This document shows positions 51,491 through 62,501 of a stretch of DNA of 64,000 nucleotides, piece by piece (position 1 is the stretch's first letter; every line of letters starts with the position of its first letter). The notes below the pieces were generated by a model, which saw only the letters and a program-made list of their open reading frames with translations, ran no database searches and was not told the origin of the DNA. The stretch lies in NCBI GenBank assembly GCA_036918135.1, contig JBALDB010000007.1, positions 224,001 to 288,000 of the forward strand, written 5' to 3'. Both the position numbers and the translations under genes were made by a program. This stretch comes from Nostoc sp. (GTDB lineage: Bacteria; Cyanobacteriota; Cyanobacteriia; Cyanobacteriales; Nostocaceae).

Positions 51491-53794
51491 TTATTCCTGA
51501 GAAGGTTTAAGTCTATCCCGCCAGGATGGTTGTGATGATGAATCAGAACCGGAATTATTTGCACGAGGCAAGGAGCGGCGACTTCTTCGAGATGGGGGAG
51601 AATCTGATTCTACTCTTCGAGGTCGAGGAGAATCTGATTCTACTCTTCTAGAGCGCCGCTGTGGAGTAGATGACTCCTGTGAAGAGTTACTCGAACTTGA
51701 ACTTGATTCTTCACTGCTGTGATCGCGTCTTCTCCGTCTTGGGGTATAGTCGTTACTTGATTGCTGTTCTTCTTGTTGATAATATCTTCTCCTGCTTCTA
51801 CGCCTCCTAGACGAGCCGCTATCTTCGGAATTTCTAGAAGTAGTTTCCTGCTGTGATTCATCATCATCATCATCAGCAATAGAACGATTCAGGACTTGTT
51901 TGGGCTTGATTGACTGGGCTTTGATGCTGCCTTTGCGACCTTCTAATTTGGGTCGTTTGGGAAACTTTTCTACTGGCATTCCTTCCACCGCTTTTTCCAT
52001 AAACTCATGCCAGGTATAAGCGGCGCTACCACTGCTGCCATCTGTGGGATGGTTGTTATCGTTACCTAGCCAAACTCCGGTCACAAGTTGGGGAATGTAA
52101 CCAATGAACCACAAATCGCGGGCTTCATCGGAAGTGCCGGTCTTGCCAGCAACAGGTCTATTATCTAATTGAGCGGCACCACCAGTTCCTTCTTCTACGA
52201 CGTTGCGTAGCATCCAGGTCATGATGGCAGCACTGTCAGCATCAAGGGCGCGTTTGGATTTGAAATTAGCTGACCAAATCACTTTTCCTTCACGGTTGAT
52301 GATGCGGCTGATACCATGAGGCTCTGTATGCAATCCTTGGGTGGCAAAACTACCGTAGGCGCTGGTCAATTCTAGGAGATTCACTTCATTCGAGCCGAGA
52401 GCTAGGGAATAAGTCGGCTTAAGTTCAGATTTAATCCCCATATCATGGGCAAGTTTAATTGTTGGGGCAAAGCCTACGTCAATCAATACCTTTACCGCAA
52501 TTATATTAATCGAACGGGTGAGAGCATCTCTCATGCTCATTGAGCCGTGGAAGTTTTTCCCATAGTTTTTCGGTTCGTAGCCATCTACGACAAAGGGTGC
52601 ATCCTCGTAGCTATCGTAGGGGCTTTTGCCAGTAGCGATCGCAGTTGCATAGACAAATCCTTTAAATGTCGATCCTGGCTGCCGCTGTGCTTGGGTAACG
52701 CGATTAAACTGGTTTTTGCCAAAGTCTTTTCCCCCGACCATTGCCTTAATATCACCATTGCGGGGATCGATAGCAACCATTGACGCTTCTTTAAAGTTCT
52801 CCCAACTTCCTTGATTTCGCAAGGTTTTAGCAACTGCTTCTTCTGCTACTTTCTGCCAGGTCGGGTTCAAGGTCGTCTCCACTACTAAACCTCCACCAGA
52901 CAACACATCAGCAGAAACGTACTTCGGCAATTCTTTCTGGATGTAGGTAGTAAAGTAGGGTGACTCTACTTCCAGTCGCTTGGGTAAACTGGTTTTGAGC
53001 GTCAACGGTTCTTGGACGGCTGCTTGCCTTTGCTGTGGTGTAATAAATTTTTCTTCCTGCATCCGCTGCAATACCAAGTCCCGCCGCTGTTTGGCAGCTT
53101 CGGGATTCTTGTCTGGGGCGTACAAGCTTGGTGCAGGAGCCAATCCCGCAATCGTTGCCATTTCTGCTAAAGAAAGTTGATCTGGGGATTTACTAAAGTA
53201 TACCCAAGAGGCATCTGTGACACCGTAAGCACCACCTCCCAAATAAACCAGATTCAGATAACGCTCTAAAATCTGATCTTTGGTTAATTCTGACTCTATT
53301 TTTTGTGCTAAACGGATTTCTTTGAGTTTGCGCCAGATTGTCTGCTCTTGTTTCAAAAACAGAATCCGAGCTAGTTGTTGCGTGATAGTGCTACCACCTT
53401 CTACCACACCTTGCGATCGCAAATTACTCAAACTTGCTCTGAGAATCCCTTGAGGATCGACTCCGTTATGTTGCTGGAATCTTCTATCTTCTGAGGCTAT
53501 GAAAGCTTTTTTTAAATTATCTGGTATTTGCTCGAGCTTTAGCTGTTCTCTGGTCGCTTCACCTTGTTGTTGTAGTATGCTACCATCCGCAGCTTTAATA
53601 GTCAGTGTTTGCTCTCTAACTACAGCATTCAGCTCGGCTTTATCTGGCAAAGTCCGATCTATTACACTGATGCCATAGATCGAGGCAACTATCCCACCAC
53701 CTACGCCCAAACCTGCCCAAAACCAGATGCGACGATAGATTGGTTTATTGCCAGTTGCCCGATTAGCCCTAATTCTTGATGGTAAGATTTTCAT
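51491..53794 (-). CDS. Class A penicillin-binding protein (PBP1A family); upstream extension interrupted by TAG
   Basis: EDRRF..H.GVD, GGSTITQQLAR, RQPGSTFK, SIN and GKTGT; Ser/Arg-rich tail. Confidence 0.93.
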   Translation of the reverse strand: MKILPSRIRANRATGNKPIYRRIWFWAGLGVGGGIVASIYGISVIDRTLPDKAELNAVVREQTLTIKAADGSILQQQGEATREQLKLEQIPDNLKKAFIASEDRRFQQHNGVDPQGILRASLSNLRSQGVVEGGSTITQQLARILFLKQEQTIWRKLKEIRLAQKIESELTKDQILERYLNLVYLGGGAYGVTDASWVYFSKSPDQLSLAEMATIAGLAPAPSLYAPDKNPEAAKQRRDLVLQRMQEEKFITPQQRQAAVQEPLTLKTSLPKRLEVESPYFTTYIQKELPKYVSADVLSGGGLVVETTLNPTWQKVAEEAVAKTLRNQGSWENFKEASMVAIDPRNGDIKAMVGGKDFGKNQFNRVTQAQRQPGSTFKGFVYATAIATGKSPYDSYEDAPFVVDGYEPKNYGKNFHGSMSMRDALTRSINIIAVKVLIDVGFAPTIKLAHDMGIKSELKPTYSLALGSNEVNLLELTSAYGSFATQGLHTEPHGISRIINREGKVIWSANFKSKRALDADSAAIMTWMLRNVVEEGTGGAAQLDNRPVAGKTGTSDEARDLWFIGYIPQLVTGVWLGNDNNHPTDGSSGSAAYTWHEFMEKAVEGMPVEKFPKRPKLEGRKGSIKAQSIKPKQVLNRSIADDDDDESQQETTSRNSEDSGSSRRRRSRRRYYQQEEQQSSNDYTPRRRRRDHSSEESSSSSSNSSQESSTPQRRSRRVESDSPRPRRVESDSPPSRRSRRSLPRANNSGSDSSSQPSWRDRLKPSQE

Positions 53795-54414
53795 TTTGCT
53801 CAGTAACTACCTCGCCTGCGCCACATGTGCTGGTGGTAAGCTTTCATTTGTTGTGGATTCCTCATGTTGATGATGATTACCAGGCCGCAATCGCGGTTCC
53901 TCGTTAGAGTCACTCAAATTAGTTGGTCTTGGCTTGAACCAGCAGGTCAACTTCCCCACATCAGTTCCTCGATCGAAGTAGTAACTACTTAACCACCATC
54001 AATAAGCTTTGGGGTTATAGCACCACGTTGTGTTAGTATAATATCCCATAAATAATTAACTCAATTCACTATCAATAAGAATTCCGAATCGCAATTAAAT
54101 AAGTATAATTTTATACTAATATTATATAGATAGAGTAAGTATAAGGATTCGGATATTAAACCTTTTGATTCGTATTCATCATGAGAATTTCTAAATAAAA
54201 ATATCCAATTCTGATTATGGGGTGAACCGGAAAGTCCGCCCTTGTGGACGGGCAAGACGCCTACCCGATACACACTAGTAATTTATTTGTCATCCCTCAA
54301 TGGTAATAACTGACTAATGAACTATTATTGAAAAAATAATGTTTTTTCGCTTTAATGAATTGAGTTTTTTAAAAGTAGTGCAAGATTGATTCGATATTAG
54401 GAATATCAAAACTA

Positions 54415-54972
54415 TTGACATTTATCACAACAGGTACGGCAAAGTATCAGCAAGAACCAGAAAAAGGCTTGCCTTGGATAAAGCGTGCCAAAAGCGCCGT
54501 TGCCCTTGGTAGTAATCTGGGAGATTCACAGGTAATATTAGAAGCAGCGATCGCAACTTTAGCCCAAACCCCAGGCATTTTTTTAGAAGCTAAATCCAAT
54601 TGGTATAAAACTAAAGCCGTAGGGCCACCACAACCAGATTATTTAAATGGGTGCGTTACATTACAAGTAGAAATACTACCCCAAGAGTTATTAGAAAATT
54701 TATTAGCAATTGAACAGCAATTTGGGCGCGTGCGTCAAGAACGCTGGGGGCCACGATCCCTAGATTTGGATTTGTTATTATATGATGACTTAATTGTGGA
54801 TACACCAAATCTGCAAATTCCCCATCCGAGAATGCGGGATCGAGCTTTTGTATTAGTTCCGCTTGCAGAAATTGCCTCAGATTGGGTAGAACCTATTTCT
54901 GGGTGTGTTATTAAAGAACTGCTCGAAGAGGTAAACTGTTCTGATGTACATTTAATTGATGGGCAATTATAA
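54415..54972 (+). CDS. folK: 6-hydroxymethyl-7,8-dihydropterin pyrophosphokinase (exact start uncertain)
   Basis: ALGSNLGD, QPDYLN, RWGPRSLDLDLL and IPHPRM..RAFVLVPL. Confidence 0.93.
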   Translation: MTFITTGTAKYQQEPEKGLPWIKRAKSAVALGSNLGDSQVILEAAIATLAQTPGIFLEAKSNWYKTKAVGPPQPDYLNGCVTLQVEILPQELLENLLAIEQQFGRVRQERWGPRSLDLDLLLYDDLIVDTPNLQIPHPRMRDRAFVLVPLAEIASDWVEPISGCVIKELLEEVNCSDVHLIDGQL

Positions 54973-55040
54973 TCACCATCCATCAACGTACAGGAAGGCT
55001 GATTTTACCTCTGTATTTACAGATAATCAGATTTTTTACT

Positions 55041-55589
55041 ATGCCATTAGGTAGAGAATTACCACAACTGTTGAAACAACGCTTGTTTTACAAAGGACGC
55101 AAGTTTGATTTTGAAGTCAATCGCCTGCGTTTACCTAATAAAGCGGAAGGAGAATGGGAGTGTATTCGTCATCCAGGTGGCGCTTTAGCTGTACCAATGA
55201 CGCCAGAAGGTAAACTAGTACTCGTGCGCCAGTATCGTTTTGCAGTTCAGGGACGGATATTAGAATTTCCAGCCGGAACTGTGGAATACAATGAAGATCC
55301 TTTAGAGACGGTACAGCGGGAAATTGAGGAAGAAACTGGGTACAGCGCTCAAAAATGGCACAAATTAGGAGAATTTTTCCTAGCGCCTGGTTATTCTGAT
55401 GAAATTATTTATGCTTTTCTAGCTCAAGATTTACAAAAGCTGGAAACACCTCAACATCAAGATGAAGACGAGGATATCGAAACTGTATTTTTGACGCCTG
55501 AGGAATTAGAAAAAGCTATTCTTCAAGGAGAGTTAGTAGATGCTAAATCAATTTCTAGCTTTTTTCTGGCACGTCCATTTTTAATGTAA
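55041..55589 (+). CDS. NUDIX hydrolase (ADP-ribose pyrophosphatase-like)
   Basis: RQYRF, EFPAG and Nudix box REIEEETGY. Confidence 0.92.
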   Translation: MPLGRELPQLLKQRLFYKGRKFDFEVNRLRLPNKAEGEWECIRHPGGALAVPMTPEGKLVLVRQYRFAVQGRILEFPAGTVEYNEDPLETVQREIEEETGYSAQKWHKLGEFFLAPGYSDEIIYAFLAQDLQKLETPQHQDEDEDIETVFLTPEELEKAILQGELVDAKSISSFFLARPFLM

Positions 55590-55596
55590 TACCAAT

Positions 55597-56442
55597 ATGC
55601 TGCTAGAGTTAGCGATCGCAGATGCCTACGGTGCAGGCTTTGAATATGCTGACGAAATGATTGTTAACAACGATTTGAGTCGATACGTGCAGCACCCGCG
55701 TTTTCGACTCATTCCTGGCAGCTACACCGACGATACTCAGATGAGTATTGCTATTGCTGAAGTAATTGTCGCTCAAGCACCCTGGACACCAGAAGTTTTA
55801 GCCGAAAGCTTTGTTAGAGCCTTCAAACGCGACCCTAGAGAAGGATATGCGAGAAACTTTTACCATTTTTTGGTAGAAATCCAAAATGGAGCAGAATTTC
55901 TCACTAAAATTCGCCCTGACAGTGACAAAAGCGGGGCGGCAATGCGTGCAGCACCCATTGGCATTTATCCAACACCAGAAAAAGTGATTGAGGCGACAAC
56001 AATTCAAGCCGCAATTACTCACAACACACCAGATGGCATCAATGCTGCTGTTGCTGCTGCTCTGATGTCACATTATTTTATCTATCGACTGGGAGCAAAA
56101 AGTAAATTAGCAGAGTTTTTAGAAAGTTATGTATCTGGGCAGTGGTCTAAACCGTGGCGCGGTGAAGTGAAATCTAAAGGGTGGATGAGTGTTAGAGCAG
56201 CGATTACTGCGGTAATGCGAAATGACAGCACTAGCCGACTTTTACAAGATTGTATCGCTTTTACCGGGGATGTGGATACAGTGGCGGCGATCGCACTGGC
56301 CGCAGGTTCTTGTAGCGAAGAAATTACCCAAGATATCCCCCAACATCTCGTTACAGGCTTAGAAAATGGAGCTTACGGTCGAGATTACCTGATTCGGCTA
56401 GATCGGCAACTGATGAATTTGGTCATTTCAGGGCAAATTTAG
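55597..56442 (+). CDS. ADP-ribosylglycohydrolase family protein
   Basis: ADAYG, YTDDTQM, SGAAMRAAPIG, ITH and GDVDTVAAI. Confidence 0.9.
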   Translation: MLLELAIADAYGAGFEYADEMIVNNDLSRYVQHPRFRLIPGSYTDDTQMSIAIAEVIVAQAPWTPEVLAESFVRAFKRDPREGYARNFYHFLVEIQNGAEFLTKIRPDSDKSGAAMRAAPIGIYPTPEKVIEATTIQAAITHNTPDGINAAVAAALMSHYFIYRLGAKSKLAEFLESYVSGQWSKPWRGEVKSKGWMSVRAAITAVMRNDSTSRLLQDCIAFTGDVDTVAAIALAAGSCSEEITQDIPQHLVTGLENGAYGRDYLIRLDRQLMNLVISGQI

Positions 56443-56849
56443 CTTTTAAAATACTACGGCTTTTCGATGCTATTATAGTACTTTGAGTAAATATTCAAGC
56501 TACTCTAACCTTGATTCTATTCGTTATAAGGTAGTGAAGTATACAAGAATAGCTTACCTAGTGGACTGTATCAAGTGCGGCAAGCCACGGTTAAGAGCTA
56601 ACCCAAGCAAATTTTTTCACCTTTTATATTTATCAATTCATATATTAGTATTTTGTTATATAAAATTTAAACTTTATCTTGTCGAATGCATTAACGACTC
56701 ACTTAAAATTTATTATTTATTGACAATACTGTTCTTTGGTGTTGGCCAAAGCGAAATAGAAATTGAGTTAGAGCCGTTATAAGAGCATGACGACAAGAAG
56801 CATACAACTTCTAAAGTCTGTATGCAAGATGCATAAATGTTTCAGTCAA

Positions 56850-57659
56850 ATGAAAAAAAATTCAAACTTCAACCGTGCTGGTAAACTGACTGCTCTTTTG
56901 TTTTTGATAACTCTCTTGCTCACGCCTTGTGTAATTATAAATGCAGGTGAACGTGGCGTATTGATGAAATTTGGTGAAGTCCAAAGCCAAATATTAGGAG
57001 AAGGAATTCATTTGATTATTCCTGTTTACAATACTGTGAAAAAATTGAGCGTCAGAGTACAAAAACAACAAATTTCTACTGAAGCTTCTTCTAAAGATTT
57101 ACAAAATGTTTTCACAGACGTAGCTCTAAATTGGCATATTATTCCCCAAGAAGCAAATGCAATTTTTCAAGAAATTGGAGATGAGCAAAATGTTATTGAC
57201 CGAATTATTAATCCAGCAGTTGAAGAAGTATTAAAAGCAGTAATGGCAAAATATACTGCTGAAGAAATTATTACTAAGCGCAAAGAGGTTAAAGCTGAAG
57301 TAGACGATGCACTCACTACCAGGCTGAATAGCTATCACGTTGCAATTAATGATATTTCTCTAGTTTATATTCATTTTTCAGAAGAATTTAGTGAAGCAGT
57401 GGAGGCAAAGCAAATTGCTGAACAAGAAGCAAAACAAGCCTCTTTTATTGCTTTAAAAGCAACAAAACAAGCTGAGGCCAAAGTGAATTTAGCAAGAGGA
57501 GAGGCTGAAGCACACAGATTATTACGCGATGGGTTGACTCCAGAAATATTGCAGAGGCAAGCAATCGAAAAATGGAATGGTAAGCTGCCATTAATTGTAA
57601 GTAAAGAAACTCCCAAATTATTAAATTTGAGTGAATTGTTAAAAATCGATGAAAATTGA
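56850..57659 (+). CDS. Prohibitin/SPFH (band 7) protein
   Basis: N-terminal TM, GERGV..KFG, SKDLQ, AVEAKQIAEQ and IEKWNGKLP; start taken at MKKNSNF. Confidence 0.9.
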   Translation: MKKNSNFNRAGKLTALLFLITLLLTPCVIINAGERGVLMKFGEVQSQILGEGIHLIIPVYNTVKKLSVRVQKQQISTEASSKDLQNVFTDVALNWHIIPQEANAIFQEIGDEQNVIDRIINPAVEEVLKAVMAKYTAEEIITKRKEVKAEVDDALTTRLNSYHVAINDISLVYIHFSEEFSEAVEAKQIAEQEAKQASFIALKATKQAEAKVNLARGEAEAHRLLRDGLTPEILQRQAIEKWNGKLPLIVSKETPKLLNLSELLKIDEN

Positions 57660-58226
57660 GTTGATTTTTCATAAAAATAGTAAAATTCAAAATTCAAGAA
57701 TTAAGAAGTCAGAATTGAGAACAAATCCAGTATGATTAGTATATCGAACCTGTCTTCAAAATCAGGAGTAGGGGAAGAAACATTTTTCATGTTTGGTTGT
57801 AGGATTTTCTGATGATTGACTCTCTTGAAAATAAAGAGTAGAGACTGAGGATAGGGGTATAGCGCATTGCTAAACCTTACAGCGTCTAAAAGGGAAGAGA
57901 TTTTTCTGATGTAATTTCTTATAGCACTCATATTTGATTGCGTGAAACACACGTAGTCCGAAGACTTTAGCGCATTAGAACTCTGTTTTAATGCACCCTA
58001 CATATACTTAGATTTTTTCAAGCAATTAAATCGGATTGGTATAGATGTTTTTCTATATTCACAATAGATAGTAGCGAGCAAGGAAGAGATATTTTTTCTT
58101 TGGTTGTACTTTCCTAGCTGTGCTTGGCGCTAACTTTGTTCATTTTGTCTGACCTTTAATTTATGGTTTCTTATTTAGTTTTATTTGAGAAATTCTTGGT
58201 AATTAAAAATTAATTCAACCACTGAT

Positions 58227-61200
58227 ATGGTTACTCAAAAAATCAAAATTTTATTAGTTGATGATAACTCAGAGAATTTAGATTTTTTATTAAATATCCT
58301 TCAAGAACAAGGTTATCAGGTGGAAAGTCTGATTTTTGGACAACTAGTAATTAATAGAGCGCTTGTTTCTCCTCCTGATTTGATTTTGCTAAATGCAATG
58401 ATGCCAGATATGGATAGTTATCAAATTTGTCATTATTTGAAAGCTAACCAGAAAACTCAAAATATTCCGATAATTTTTTTTGGCACTTCCGAGAAATTAT
58501 CCCAAATTAATATCTTTGATTTCAGCGAGATTGATTATATTACTCAACCAATCAAAACTAAAGAAGTTTTATTACGCATACAAAATCAACTGACTATCCA
58601 AAGATTAAAAAAAGAGATTCAAGAACGTCAAAGACTTGCAGTTGAGTTAAATATTTACAACAGACAAATAAAAGAGATTTTTCCAGAAGTTAGCCTTAAC
58701 AAAGCTTTAATAAGCGATCGCCTTTTTGTGGATGCTAAAAATCAAGATATTACTGAGCGCAAGCAAGCAGAAGAAGATGTAGAACTGATTTATAAAAAAT
58801 TTTGCCAGCTTGTTGAGCAGGAGTACAATTCTTACGAATATCGCTGGTTACACGCTGATGGAACTTATCACTGGTTCTACGAAAAGATGAGGTTAATTCG
58901 TGACGAAGCTGGTAACCCAATAGAATGCGTTGGTTACTGGGCAGATATTAGCGATGTCTACGACGAGCTTCGCTTACGCAAGCTGGCAGAATTGGCTTTA
59001 CAGGAAGGTAGACAGCGATATCAGCTTTTAGCAGAAGCTTCGCCAGCTTGTATTTTTTATACTGATGCTGATGGTGATGTATTATATTTTAATCAACGCT
59101 GGAGTGAAATTACTGGATGCAAGATTGAAGAATCTCTGGGCAGAGGTTGGGTAAATGCCGTGCATCCAGATGACCGCGAGCAGCTGTTACTGGCATGGAA
59201 TCGCGTGATAACGACTGGAATCAAACATAATTACGAACATCGTTACTTGCGCGATGATGGCACAATCGTCTGGGTAATTTGTCAGGCTTTGCCGGAATTT
59301 GCAGACGATGGAGAAATTAAAGGCTACATCGGTATGATTACAGATATTACCGAAAGAAAATTGGCAGAAGAAGCCCTGCGCGAGAGTGCAGAACGGGAAA
59401 GAGCGATCGCCCAAGTGATTCAAAGGATGCGCCAAACACTCGATTTAGAGACTATATTCGCGGCGACAACCCAAGAATTACGGCAAGTACTCAATTGCGA
59501 TCGCGTAGCTGTCTATCGTTTCGATCCCAACTGGAGTGGCAAATTTATCTCTGAGTCAGTAGCAGAGGGTTGGATTTCTCTGCTCGAAGAACAAAAAAAT
59601 GATTCTCATTTGACAGAAGATATCTTAGAGGATGGCCGTTGTTTAATAAAAATCTTGCATCGCGCAGATAACCAAGAGCAAGATGCTTTCTTTGAAGGTG
59701 TATACACAGAAGATGCAAGTTTTTGCTGCATTCCTGATATTTACAACGCTGAGTTTCATCCTTGTTATATCAAACTCTTAGAACGCTTTCAGGCAAAAGC
59801 TTATATCATTGTTCCTATTTTATTTGGTAATCAGCTTTGGGGGTTACTGGCGAGTTATCAAAATTCCGCTCTGCGCCAATGGAAATCAGAAGAAGTCAAC
59901 ATCGTAGTTCAAATTAGCAATCAGTTAGCAGTTGCTTTACAGCAGGCACAACTGCTCGCACAAATGCAAAAGCAGTCACAAGCACTGCAAGAAGCTGCGA
60001 TTGCTGCTGATGCTGCCAACCGCGCCAAAAGCGAATTCCTCGCCAACATGAGCCACGAACTGCGTACTCCACTCAACGCCATCCTTGGTTTTACCCAACT
60101 CATGAGCCACGATGGTGCTTTATCTACCGAACATCAACAAAACCTAACAATCATCAATCGTGCTGGCGAACACCTTCTCAACTTAATTAACGACATTCTG
60201 GAAATGTCTAAAATCGAAGCTGGCAGAATCACATTGAATCTTAGCAGTTTTGACTTAATTCGCCTCTTGCAAAACCTCGAAGAGATGTTGCGTTTCCGCG
60301 CCACCTCCAAAGGATTAGAATTGGTATTTGAATATACATCTGAGCTTCCCCAATTCGTCCAAGCTGACGAAAGTAAATTGCGTCAAGTCTTGCTAAACCT
60401 CTTGGGAAATGCAATCAAATTTACCGATACTGGTAGGGTGACGTTACGAGTGAGGATGGGGAGTGGCACAGAAGACACAAAGACACGGGAACGCTCTGAC
60501 GCAAAGACAATAAACCTCTTTGTATCCTCTTTCCAATCCTTAATCTTCGAGATTCAAGATACTGGTTGCGGTATTGCCCCAGAAGAAATTAACCTGCTGT
60601 TTCAAGCTTTTGGGCAAACTGAAACCGGAAGGAAATCGCAACAGGGAACAGGACTAGGTTTAGCAATTAGCCGCAAATATGTGCAACTAATGGGAGGAGA
60701 TATTAATGTTACCAGCACTGTTGGCAAAGGAAGTAAATTTACCTTTGATATTAAAATTAGTCTCGCCGCAGCCAGTGAAGTACATACCAAGCAAACTAAA
60801 CGGCGAATTTTGAGTTTAGCGCCTGCTCAAAATAAATACCGCATCTTAGTAGTTGATGACGCTACAGATAGCCGTTTAGTACTAATAAAAATTCTCACAG
60901 CCATCGGTTTTATAGTGGAAGAAGCTGCAAATGGTGAAGAAGCGATCGCCCTTTGGCAACAATGGCAACCACACCTGATCTTAATGGATATGCGGATGCC
61001 AATTATGGACGGCTACGAAGCCACAAAAATTATTAAAGCCACAGAAGATACCATAATCTCAAATCTCAAATCCAAAATCCAAATTCGGAAGACTATAATT
61101 ATTGCCTTAACTGCTCATGCCTTTGAGGAACAACGAGAGGCAATGAGCAAAGCAGGTTGCGATGATTTTATTAACAAGCCCTTTCGTAAAGAAGAACTAC

Positions 61201-61508
61201 TAGAAAAATTGAGCGAATATTTAGGAGTTCAATATATTTATCAAGAAGAGACTTATCAGATAGGCAACCCAAACCAAGAGGGAGCAGAAACAATGTTGAC
61301 GCTTACAGATATAGCTCCTTTGTTATCTGTAATGTCACCTGAATGGGTGAAACAAATATACAATGCCGCAGCTCAATGCAGCGATGACCTAATTTTAGAA
61401 TTGATTGAGCAAATACCAGTTGAAAATGCTGCACTACAAAAATTTATTACAGATTTAGCTCAAAATTTTCTGTTTGAGAAAATTATGGAATTGACCAGTA
61501 TTGTATAA
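58227..61508 (+). CDS. Hybrid histidine kinase: pseudo-receiver, PAS, cyanobacteriochrome GAF, HisKA/HATPase, receiver
   Basis: [10 protein letters not shown] (Asp to Asn), [14 protein letters not shown]...DIY...[19 protein letters not shown] and C-terminal ILMDMRMP. Confidence 0.92.
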   Translation: MVTQKIKILLVDDNSENLDFLLNILQEQGYQVESLIFGQLVINRALVSPPDLILLNAMMPDMDSYQICHYLKANQKTQNIPIIFFGTSEKLSQINIFDFSEIDYITQPIKTKEVLLRIQNQLTIQRLKKEIQERQRLAVELNIYNRQIKEIFPEVSLNKALISDRLFVDAKNQDITERKQAEEDVELIYKKFCQLVEQEYNSYEYRWLHADGTYHWFYEKMRLIRDEAGNPIECVGYWADISDVYDELRLRKLAELALQEGRQRYQLLAEASPACIFYTDADGDVLYFNQRWSEITGCKIEESLGRGWVNAVHPDDREQLLLAWNRVITTGIKHNYEHRYLRDDGTIVWVICQALPEFADDGEIKGYIGMITDITERKLAEEALRESAERERAIAQVIQRMRQTLDLETIFAATTQELRQVLNCDRVAVYRFDPNWSGKFISESVAEGWISLLEEQKNDSHLTEDILEDGRCLIKILHRADNQEQDAFFEGVYTEDASFCCIPDIYNAEFHPCYIKLLERFQAKAYIIVPILFGNQLWGLLASYQNSALRQWKSEEVNIVVQISNQLAVALQQAQLLAQMQKQSQALQEAAIAADAANRAKSEFLANMSHELRTPLNAILGFTQLMSHDGALSTEHQQNLTIINRAGEHLLNLINDILEMSKIEAGRITLNLSSFDLIRLLQNLEEMLRFRATSKGLELVFEYTSELPQFVQADESKLRQVLLNLLGNAIKFTDTGRVTLRVRMGSGTEDTKTRERSDAKTINLFVSSFQSLIFEIQDTGCGIAPEEINLLFQAFGQTETGRKSQQGTGLGLAISRKYVQLMGGDINVTSTVGKGSKFTFDIKISLAAASEVHTKQTKRRILSLAPAQNKYRILVVDDATDSRLVLIKILTAIGFIVEEAANGEEAIALWQQWQPHLILMDMRMPIMDGYEATKIIKATEDTIISNLKSKIQIRKTIIIALTAHAFEEQREAMSKAGCDDFINKPFRKEELLEKLSEYLGVQYIYQEETYQIGNPNQEGAETMLTLTDIAPLLSVMSPEWVKQIYNAAAQCSDDLILELIEQIPVENAALQKFITDLAQNFLFEKIMELTSIV
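58956..58976. mobile_element. 21-nt SDR5-like element inserted in frame into a HIP1 site
   Basis: GCGAT[GTCTACGACGAGCTTCGCTTA]CGC; removing the insert restores GCGATCGC and the canonical PAC DISDRK. Confidence 0.8.
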
Positions 61509-61518
61509 AGTAAAAAGA

Positions 61519-62199
61519 TTAACTAAGTCGTTCAAAAATGAATAAAATTGAGACTGGTTTTTTTGTCTTTGGGTGGCAGGGTTCTATTAACTTCAGCAAA
61601 CGGTAATTTTTGAGATGAAACTCACGAATCCATGATTCGATTGTTCTGAAATACCAGGGAGCAGGATGAAATGACTCTAATCCTATTCCTTGCCAAGAAG
61701 TCTCTCGCCATCCATCGGAGTATGGAGAGTCATCGCAAATTATTAGAGGATGAAGTGTTTGAATGATTATTTTTCCTTTATTTGCTAACAAACTCTTACC
61801 TGCTTGGGCTATCTCGCCAAGAGCGCATTCCCCAAGAAGTGAAAAGTTGCAGATGAAGCAGTCAAACTGGTTAATGCTGCCAAATTTCTGTAACGGCAGA
61901 TCGGAGTAAGAAGATACAACAAAGCGAATATCGCCAAGACATCTTGCTGATTCGATAAGCTCGGTAATGCCATCAACTCCCCAACCATCAAATCCACGAC
62001 AGAAGAGTTCGCGGCACAGCCACCCTTCCCCACAGCCAATGTCTAAGAAGGTTCGCGGTTCAAGTTCAACTACGGCTTCTATAATCGCTCTGTCTGTGAC
62101 CAAAGCACGGCTTTCAAGAAGCTGATTACGAACTACACGCGTCCACGGTTTGGCATTCGCTGCCCATGAATGAAGAATTCTTTGTTCGTTTATGTCCAT
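61519..62199 (-). CDS. Class I SAM-dependent methyltransferase
   Basis: SW..NA.PW, LDIGCGEGWL, QTLHP and PWYFRT. Confidence 0.9.
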   Translation of the reverse strand: MDINEQRILHSWAANAKPWTRVVRNQLLESRALVTDRAIIEAVVELEPRTFLDIGCGEGWLCRELFCRGFDGWGVDGITELIESARCLGDIRFVVSSYSDLPLQKFGSINQFDCFICNFSLLGECALGEIAQAGKSLLANKGKIIIQTLHPLIICDDSPYSDGWRETSWQGIGLESFHPAPWYFRTIESWIREFHLKNYRLLKLIEPCHPKTKKPVSILFIFERLS

Positions 62200-62321
62200 A
62201 ATTAAGATGCGTTAGCCTCAGCTTTGCCGTTAGGCATGGCTTTGCTGCACACGTAGATTCTTTCAGCTAATATTACACTTGATATTAAGTTCGGCTAATT
62301 ACTTATAATATATTGGTATTT

Positions 62322-62416
62322 TTGGTAATAGGTAATAGGTAATAGGTAATTGGGGATTGGGAAAAAGCGAATTGAGAAAAAGGAAATAAATAACTGACGA
62401 TTACCGATTACCCATT
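62322..62416. repeat. STRR (GGTAATA)n with inverted (TTACCGA)n
   Basis: ggtaataggtaataggtaataggtaat ... gattaccgattaccc. Confidence 0.75.
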
Positions 62417-62501
62417 TTGATAGTCCCAAAAATAGATATATTTTTGAAAAGTTGAAGCAAACTTGTAACAGCAACTTTAACTATTTGATAATGGTGTAGC
62501 A

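Noticed and set aside
56531..56544. GTA-N8-TAC NtcA-like box upstream of the SPFH gene
   Set aside because: No properly spaced TAN3T -10 element; such matches arise by chance.
56483..56782. 99-aa ORF between the ARH and SPFH genes
   Set aside because: TTG start, AT-rich intergenic composition and no motif.
62205..62245. GTTAGCC/GTTAGGC motifs suggesting an integron attC site
   Set aside because: Both cores face the same way with no paired inverse core; the sequence fits an SDR-type dispersed repeat better.
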